Shown here: in pieces, positions 54,368-64,000 of the stretch
Layout of the letters: each line of letters begins with the position of its first letter
Numbering within the stretch: the first letter of the stretch is position 1
Assembly (NCBI GenBank): GCA_951406725.2
Contig: OX597825.1
Coordinates: 17,856,001-17,920,000 of the forward strand
DNA from: Octopus vulgaris
Taxonomy: Eukaryota
Direction: 5' to 3'
DNA: 64,000 nucleotides
The notes under the pieces: generated by a model
Seen by the model: only the letters and a program-made list of their open reading frames with translations
Told to the model about the DNA's origin: nothing
Databases searched by the model: none
Position numbers and translations under genes: made by a program

Positions 54368-54575
54368 AACTTTGTATTTGTGCCTGTGCATCTTTCCGTT
54401 TGTGTCTCTCTTCTTAGCGTGTGTCAGCTGGTTTAGGTTTGTTAAAACCCCCATAAATCAAAACTATCGATACAGAGGATCGATAGGATAAGTATTAAGC
54501 TTTTGCATTCGACTAAATTCCTTTCACAGCGGCGCTCCAGCATGACCACAATCCAATGAGTGAAAGAAGTAAAAT
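54117..54575 (+). mobile_element. Diverged full-length SINE family C copy with internal (TG)n
   Basis: cagacatggctgcgtggtaagaagtttg...gatagacggaaactgaaa...(TG)n...gcggcgctccagcatgaccacaatccaatgagtgaaagaagtaaaa. Confidence 0.85.
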
Positions 54576-55135
54576 ATATAAAAATATATATAAAATATAT
54601 AAATATATAAAAAAAAAGATAATGGTGAAATATAATGTAAATTAAACAATACTGGACATTAAGCGTAAAGTGTAGTATCCGGTTCCATATATTTAACCAT
54701 CATAACTCACTCTTCGACTTCAAAACCATCTTTAATCAGTATTATCTTCCATCTTTAAGAATTATTCTAATTAATATATGTAACATTTTAAATAAATTCG
54801 AGGATTTGTGATAACCTCCTCAAAAATGAAAGATAAGATGGCTGACCTTTTCGAAATACAAAGAGCAGTAAATTACTAACCGCTTGTCCTTCATGGAAGA
54901 TTTTAAGGTTTGATATCGTTTTGCATAGGTCCATGGATCAAAAAATAAAATATTCTGAAATATCTAGTCGACTATGCATTCTCCACACCATCTGTGTCTA
55001 TATCTTTTGTCTATAACGGATGTTGTTTATTTTACAGAATAAATCAAATTTAAGGTGTGTTAGCAGCTGTTGAAAAAATTTGCCTCTTCTTGTCTAAATA
55101 TATCTATCTATCTATCTCCCTCTCTCTCTCTCTCT

Positions 55136-55225
<90 letters not shown>

Positions 55226-55450
55226 GCATGTATATGTATACACACACACACACATAGCAGTGTGGCAAGTAAACATAGATGAGATAACAATGAAGACAAA
55301 TGCACAATTGAATTGCCAAAATGAAGTCAAAACAATAAAAAAAATTGCAACCTCATCGTCTGAGACAGATAATATATGTCACACAATCTACTTAATGGAA
55401 TACTTACGTATTAGCACAAACAACGAAGCCGCAAAACAAATGTAAGCTCG

Positions 55451-55521
<71 letters not shown>

Positions 55522-55527
55522 ATGAGA

Positions 55528-55603
55528 GTGTGTGTATCTAGCTATCTGGCTATATCTACATCTATATAGATGTAGATATAGCTAGGTAGCTAGATACACA
55601 CAC
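55528..55603. repeat. 76-bp near-perfect palindrome
   Basis: gtgtgtgtatctagctatctggctatatctacatctat|atagatgtagatatagctaggtagctagatacacacac, two mismatched pairs. Confidence 0.92.
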
Positions 55604-55659
55604 ACATACACTCAGATATATATATATATACGTGTTTTTTTGTGCTTTCTGTTTCGGAT

Positions 55660-55711
<52 letters not shown>

Positions 55712-56276
55712 TTTATAGTGATTGTGATTATGTGTGTGTGTGTGTATTTGTCCAAATATACACAGATTCTTTTTTGTTCCTGAATTCTGTCTAGAAATAT
55801 ATTAATGTCTGTATACAGGTATATTTTGGCAAAATGTATTGATAATATTTTTAGATTTGGAGAGACAGTGTCACACAACGCATATTATTGTTAATTCTGC
55901 AGCATTTGGAAATGGTTTTAAACAGCTACAATAATTATTTTAATTTGTTGAAATAATTTTCGACTACCATGGGAAATGAATGCTGTAATTCCAGATTGTT
56001 CTATATAATTTGTTCAACAACTTCTATAGAAAAAAATAAAAAGACTTTTGCCAATGATGTTTTATGTAAACGTTTCGAAAAGCATAATTGTTTTCTCATA
56101 TAATTCTTCTATTAGCTTCTGTTTTCCGACTCAATCTACAGATTCATTTTAATATTTGAAGACGCCTCTATTATATTTTTATTCAGAATTTGTAACTTTT
56201 TGGGGTAATTTCTCACTAACGTGTTTCTTCAAGAATGGCGGTAAAATTTGTTTCACTGCCACCTATTTGTTAAATA

Positions 56277-56676
56277 TTTCTATTTAAGACACAAGGTATT
56301 GAAAATGTTTTGGGGGAAGGAGACTAGTCAATTATATCGACCGCAGTGCGTAACTGGTAATTTATCTCACCGACCCCGAAAAAATGAAAGGCTAAGTCGA
56401 CCTCGGCGGAATTGGAACTCAGAACGCAGCGGCAGACGAAATATATATTTCTTTAATACCCACAAGGGGCTAAACACAGAGAGGACAAACAAGGACAGAC
56501 AAACAGATTAAGCCGATTTTATCGACCTCAGTGCGTAACTGGTACTTATTTAATTGACCCCGAAAGGATGAAAGGCAAAGTCGACCTCGGCGGAATTTGA
56601 GCTCAGAACGTAACGACAGACGAAATACGACTACGCATTTCGCCCGGCATGCTTACAATTCTGCCAGCTCGCCGCC
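56277..56676 (-). mobile_element. SINE family A heterodimer: head-body-A1 tail followed by headless body-A2 tail
   Basis: Junction ggcagacgaaata|tatatttctttaataccc at about 56443. Confidence 0.9.
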
Positions 56677-57410
56677 TTTATTATTATGAAACCAGAATAC
56701 AAGACCTATCCTCAGTGTTTTGTTTTCTACATGATGCTGCTAGAAAACAAAAGTTTAAATCCATTTTCGATAACTAAACTTCCTTCGTGAATCCGTTGTA
56801 TACTTTCTTCCCACAACCTCGAAATTTCTTTACTTTCGGTGAACAATAATCCTAATGCATGTTTAAATCTTTCTTCTTACTTATATGGATGTATCTATAA
56901 ATACATCTATTTATTTTTGTTGGATTGAGTACATTTTTGATGATCCTATCAACAAACAATCAGTACAATATATATACATGTGTTTGTATATGCACGCGTC
57001 GTTGTGTACTAAGAAAGAGAGAGAGGGAGAGAGAGAGAGAGAGAGAGAGATACATAGATATAATATATTTATATTAATATATTATACAATCAACCGTCAT
57101 CTTCTCTTTGTATCTCTCATCCCATAAATGGTCCTCGAACTGTGAAACACAGGAACCATCTTAGGCACAGCAGGGAAGTTGCGCACGTGGAATACTAGAT
57201 CTGTTGTCGCTGTGTTACTACTAGTACATCTAGTCTCAACTGACCAATGGGTAGGTAGGCTATGTTTCCTCTATAATACAGTAGCCGATACTTCTTTCAC
57301 TCTGCTTACGAATGTCTGAAATAATTGACGTGAATTTTCATGTTCACACGATAAATACCAGTCCACCTCTATGTGGTGAGTGCTATTGTCGTTTGTTTGC
57401 TCACTCACTC

Positions 57411-57414
<4 letters not shown>

Positions 57415-57443
<29 letters not shown>

Positions 57444-57545
57444 TGTATGTATGTATGTATGTATGTATGTATGTATGTATGTATGTATGTATGTATGTAT
57501 GTATGTATGCATGTACGTATGTATGTATGTATGTATGTATGTGTA
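57415..57545. repeat. (TATG)n microsatellite; another at about 58553-58850
   Basis: Direct inspection. Confidence 0.95.
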
Positions 57546-57564
57546 CATACAATCTTTTCAGTTA

Positions 57565-57755
57565 TTCTTTTACGTGTTTTAGTCATTTGACTGCAGTCAT
57601 GATGGACCACCGCCTTTAGCCGAACAAATCGATCCTAGGACTTATTCTTTGTTAGCACTTATCCTATTGGTCTATTTTGCCGATCAGCTAAGTCAGAGGA
57701 ACGTAAACACCAGCATCGGTTGTCAAGTGAGTGGGTGGGGGAACACAGACACACA
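57565..57755 (-). mobile_element. 3' half of a SINE family C copy, bounded by (TA)n at the internal microsatellite position
   Basis: agtcatttgactgcagtcatgatggaccaccgcctttagccgaacaaatcga...cagcatcggttgtcaag. Confidence 0.85.
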
Positions 57756-57767
57756 GATATATACATA

Positions 57768-57817
<50 letters not shown>

Positions 57818-57960
57818 CAGATAGGGAAAAGTGGAGGATTAGGAGTGAATAAAAATAAGTTTTGAGACATAATATACGATATGCAAACATGTATAAACCT
57901 AAGTGTAAGAAATACCCACACAGTTCGAGGCTGACTTTTCTTTGGTTTGGTGCATAGAGA

Positions 57961-58549
57961 TTTAGGTAGCGGTTACGTCACCTGATAGTAGGCAATGTAA
58001 AACTTCCAAAATGTCAGAAGGTTTCGCCCTGAATTAGATATACTCCAACTCTTACGTTAAGTATTGTGTTCTTTCTCATATAACTCAAAACATGGTAATG
58101 TTAAAAAACACGCAGAAAATAAACCAGTAACGGCAACAACAACAATATAGAAGAGTGTCGATTGAATGAGAAACACCTACACGAAAGTAGTAGAAGTGTG
58201 TGTATAGAAATCCTGGAACTAACTTCGACCAACGCAAGTTGGTAAAATTCAAGCTGATTCGCGTAAAATTAAGGTCAAAATTTTATTGATCGTATTCCAT
58301 GGTTTACTGTGACGGAACAAAGAAATGGTATCAAATCACTCGACTGGGACGGATGTAAAGACGCAAACCCATAAACAGAGCGGGCGGAACTTGTGGCTTG
58401 TTTAGTCAGGGAATACGCAATGGAATGCGATTAGCGAATGAATAGCGTAAATTGTAAATTATGGCAACAAGATTTCATACAGCAAATATTTTCCGCAATG
58501 AGGTGAAATACCATACCATGTGTATATTTATGTATACGTGTATCGGTGG

Positions 58550-58582
<33 letters not shown>

Positions 58583-58907
58583 TGTATGTATGTATGTATG
58601 TATGTATGTATGTATGTATGTGCGTGTGTGTATGTATGTATATATGTATGTATGTAAGTATGCATGTGCGTATGTGTATGTATGTATATATGTATGTATG
58701 TGCGTGTGTGTCTGTATGTATGTATCTGTTTACCTATCGATATCTATAAACACATGTGCCTCTATGTATGTATATATGTATGTATGTATGTGCGTGTGTG
58801 CATGTGCGTGTGTGTATGTATATATGTATGAATGTATGTATGTATGTATACGGGACGTAAATAAATACACCAATATCCGTTGTCAAGCAACACAGAAAAA
58901 AAAACAT

Positions 58908-58943
<36 letters not shown>

Positions 58944-59014
58944 ATATATATATATATATACATACACATATATATATATATTATAATATAATATAATATC
59001 TATCTATCTATCTA

Positions 59015-59081
<67 letters not shown>

Positions 59082-61115
59082 GTATATGTATATCTATACA
59101 GGGGATATATTCCACCTATAGATGTACGTATTTATATTCTGTTAATCATTTTCGTTACTGAAAACGCCTGAAGTAACGCATTTGGGTTTTGACATTTGTA
59201 GACCACATGATGTATTCAACTGAAGACATTTGACATTCATCTTGACCATTCATTTCCGTTAGTCTGCAAATTGGTGTCATTGGTGGAAGGAAGTTAGTTC
59301 TTGTACCACGTTTAAAAAAAAAACATAATTTCTCTATTGATATAGAAAACAAACAAATATAATTTGTCACTTGTTCCAGGAGAGGATAAATTCCACTGTA
59401 GATCAGATAGTTAAAAGTAATAACACACTGGCTTGAAGCTCTTCCGTATTGTAGCTAGGTCTCATTCAATTAATGCCCTACATTGTTAGGTACGGTATCA
59501 TACGTACTCATGGTGATATAATACTGGAAACGTCACACAAAAGCAAATAATTGAATAATCTCAGCTCGAATATTTGTTTTCTCTGGCCTGTGCGTTTACA
59601 AACGAGCAATATATTTTACAGCTAAAATGATTAGGTCTTTCGTTGCTTAATATCTTACTTATAAGACTAGCAACCTAGGTATTGATAACAACTTCTGATA
59701 CTTCTTTTGTAACATCGTCTAATTCTCTATTGCAGAGAAATCGCATTGAGTTACTGCTACTATCGTTCCTGATACTAAAGTTAGCAGGTAAATTTCTTTA
59801 AAAATATTCTAGCATCGTATCAAAAATGAGAAATCGTTAGAAAACACAAAAATATTTTTTAAAAAATTAAGGTACTGAATTTTATTCCGTAAACATCATA
59901 TATTTTATGGATAATTTTCGTCAAAAAAAATCGTTGGTTAGCGTGCACTTTCATTTACATTCATGTTTAAATGTATGAATATTTGCCGGATTTGGGTGAT
60001 AATGTGCTGATTTTGTTCACAATTGGTTGTTTGCATTGGTCATTTAAACAGACGTGTAAAAATGGTCATCTTACTGCTGTTCTATGAATAGAAATGTAAC
60101 ATATTTCCGATAGCACGCATCTTCACAGCAAAGGATAATAATTTAGGAGAAGAATTCCCGGGAAGAACGATATAGTTACTTTAATAGGAATAAGTTTTAT
60201 TTTCTAAGCATGGTCAAGTTTCTCGTCATTAACATCACACTTGTACCGCTAATTTTATGGATGTCTCTAAATTTATGAGCCAATTCCAGCAAATGCCAAC
60301 ATCGGTAAAACAGAAAGTGTCACTAAACTTAATTTATATTCAACAGCAATTCACATACATGATGTATGCGAATGATAAGTCTTCTATATCGAATTAAACG
60401 CTGATAAAGATGTGCATCTGTGTGCTTTGTATTTATTGTGTATTTGAGCAGTATCAAACGATACATCTAGTCATAATTATCAGGTTTATGTGTAGATTTT
60501 CGTTATGAAAACAGATCGTGTTCAAATTCTTAATGGCTTTGTTGAAGGAATGATTGTTGTGTCATTATTCTTCGTCGATCTGCCGAGACAAGAAATACTT
60601 TTCTAATCCATAACCTTGGAGACCCATAAGTGAATGGCTACAGGAGAAGAATAATCAAAGGACGAATTCCAGAGGCTTGGAATTATGGAAAGTAGGATTG
60701 TTCAGTGTTGATTTTGGATGTGAAGTATGGTCAAATTATTGATTATATTGCCTGCATAAATTAGATAAGAACAATCAAGTTCTTTTAGTACATGGACCAT
60801 TAAAACCACTATTTAGTACTTCAAAATTATAAAATGAATCCATTCCGATTTAACCGTTATCAACACTTTACTGGAATACAACTTCAAAATGCTGGCTTCT
60901 CAGTGGTAGGCCTTCTTTTACATTCTGGTGAATTGCAGATTGGATGAGGTACTTCCATGGTTGGGTGATTAGCTCAAGCTCGTGCACCTATAAGATCGAT
61001 ACCCCCATTTTATTTTTCTTCTGAGACTGTGACAGTGTAAGGCAAAATGATTTATACTATTTCCACCTTTACTTTTCACATTGCCTACTATCAGGTGACG
61101 TAACTGCTACCTAAA
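57961..61115. mobile_element. Candidate 3.15-kb DNA transposon relic bounded by 38-bp inverted repeats
   Basis: tttaggtagcggttacgtcacctgatagtaggcaatgt (57961-57998) versus acattgcctactatcaggtgacgtaactgctacctaaa (61078-61115), one mismatch; no intact transposase seen. Confidence 0.55.
59736..59787 (+). CDS. Candidate 52-nt exon (RNRIELLLLSFLILKLA), signal-peptide-like
   Basis: TTCTCTATTGCAG acceptor, CAG|GTAAAT donor, only one open frame. Confidence 0.2.
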
Positions 61116-61689
61116 AATCCGTCAAGATATAATGACAGGGAATGTATAATTGGAAATGGTATGAGATCAACTAGTACAAGTAAGAAGAGGCGATTGTAAG
61201 ACTAAGAAAACCTAAATTGTGGAAATATCGCGTGTGAAGGCTTTAAGTGGTAGAGCAATGCGGAACAGATTCATGAATATACGACAAAATACTTCTCAAA
61301 GATTAGATCATGGCTGCAATAAAACACTAAAGAGACGGAAACATGATGGGAACTATCACTATAATAGCTCCGTTTCTGACGTTCTATCAACCCACCAAAC
61401 GGCAGTTCTAAATTGCAATTAAATAACAAGTTAACGAACAAATAAGGTGGATAAGTCAAATTCGAAATTTGTTACAATAAGAAATTGAAATGAAATTAAC
61501 AACGATGACGATTGCTGTAATAATACTACCAACGACAAAAACAAGGCTAAAAACAAGCAACAAACACACATCAATAAGTGGTGAACTAGAAAAGTAGAAA
61601 GCTAAATTGTTCTCTAAGTTCAGTAAAAGTGATTACCATTAAAGTAAATAATGGCGCGTTTAAAAACATTTTACGCATTACGTATACGT

Positions 61690-62320
<631 letters not shown>

Positions 62321-63019
62321 TATGAGTTCGCCTGCACACGCATGTGTCTCCACATATCAACACATGCTCACTCTAACATTCTGCTCATCTCTTCCTTCGT
62401 CATGGTGGTACCGTCGCTGTTCTTCCTCCAATGGCTGTCCATTCATTTATTTAAAATTTTTTTCCCCATCAGATTTTGTTTCTCTTTCTTTCCATTTTAC
62501 TTGCCAATATTCGTGATGTTCTTGTTCCTTTTATTCTTGCTTAGTATTTATTTTAATTATTATTTTCTCTTCTCCATCTCCTATTTCTCTAAAAGTTTCT
62601 TGTGATTTACCAAATGTTCGCAATCCTTCACTGAACAAACTCAATTTATTCAACATCCAATTAACTAGTGTATACTTAATGGAAATCTCTCTTTCCATTT
62701 CTTCATTCTCCGAATTAACACTCTTATCTTCCCTTCAATTTTATAACATACGTGATAGGTGTGTTATTAGTATTGTATGCTTTCTAATGTACTCTCCAGT
62801 TTAAGCGACCACGCTACAGATTTATCGTTTCTATTGTTTATTTTTTTTATCTTGAAAACGGATTGCAAACGACTCTCAAACAAACGTATACGCATACGTC
62901 TACGCATACATAGTTGAATACATAAGCATGTGTGAGTTTGTGTGTATATATTTATGCATGGCTGTGTATATATACGCATGCACGCAAGGGCATATCTTTA
63001 CTCTCTCGTTTACACTTTT

Positions 63020-63412
63020 ACATATTTCAGTCATTTGACGGTGGCCATGCTGCAGCACCGCCTTTAGTCGAGTAAATCGACCCAAGGGACTTATTCTTTG
63101 TTAGCCTAGCACTTATTCTATCAGTCTCTTTTGCCGAACCGCTAAGTTACGGGGACGTAAACACACCAGCATTGGTTGTCAAGCGATGTTGGGGTGTGGC
63201 AAACACAGACAGACAAACGTATACACATACATGCATATATACATATATACGACGGGCTTCTTTTAGTTTCCGTTTATCAAATCCACTCACAAGGCGTTGG
63301 TCGGCCCGAGGCTATAGTAGAAGATTCCTGCCCAAGGTGACACGCACTGGGACTGAACCCGGAACCATGTGATTGGTAAGCAAGCTACTTACTACACAGC
63401 CACTCCTAGACC
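63020..63412 (-). mobile_element. Young full-length SINE family C copy
   Basis: High-identity reverse complement of 16861-17255. Confidence 0.92.
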
Positions 63413-63560
63413 TATATACATATATATATATATATATATATAGAATATATATAGAATATATATAGAATATAATTAAAGGATGAAATCAGTGAAATTAGTG
63501 AATTCTATCAGTGACCAGCATATAAAAAAATAACCTTTTAGATAAAATTCATATACAGGG

Positions 63561-63812
63561 ATATATAATTGTATAGAATTCAATTATAATTTAGGGCACA
63601 GAAGCAACCATGCCTATATCCTGGAAATAGACGTTAAATAACTCTAAATTATTTTACGAATTTTGGGTCCAGCCATTCTTTTTGATTTCAACCTGTATAT
63701 ATTATAAACTGAAAGTTTTGACTGGCTACGCGTATTTGGCGTGTATTTGCAGCATATAGGCATGGTTGCTTCTGTACCCTTAATGATAATTGTATTCTAC
63801 ACAATCATATAT
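63561..63812. repeat. Fold-back element with about 78-bp imperfect inverted arms (MITE-like or Penelope-like)
   Basis: 63563-63640 pairs with 63733-63810 (about 11 mismatches), core cagaagcaaccatgcctatat / atataggcatggttgcttctg. Confidence 0.85.
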
Positions 63813-63817
63813 GTATC

Positions 63818-63938
<121 letters not shown>

Positions 63939-64000
63939 ATATCTATCTATTTATCTATCTTTATACATGTATATATGTGTGTTTGTGTGTTTATGCGTAT

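Noticed and set aside
59155-59370. Minus-strand ORF with MSSVEYIMWS loosely like the Tc1 LNPIENLW motif
   Set aside because: Similarity is too weak to call without a profile search.

Overview
AT-rich, extremely microsatellite-dense eukaryotic DNA that looks intronic or intergenic. The SINE repertoire and (TA)n/(GATA)n/(ATT)n load resemble a coleoid cephalopod (Octopus-like) genome; this is inferred from recall, not from a search. No complete protein-coding gene can be supported, and almost all ORFs in the supplied track are translated microsatellites. Supported content: three tRNA-derived SINE families (called A, B and C here, about 25 copies), decayed LINE, Gypsy and mariner remnants, a probable partner-LINE 3' end that shares the family A tail, several fold-back palindromes, local duplications at 4.6-9.1 kb, a 3.15-kb segment bracketed by 38-bp inverted repeats, and a few low-confidence exon-like pieces. 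The most interesting pattern is a recurrent junction at the same internal position in family A SINE dimers, together with a microsatellite-embedded LINE-like tail. I found no convincing evidence of a novel protein-coding system.
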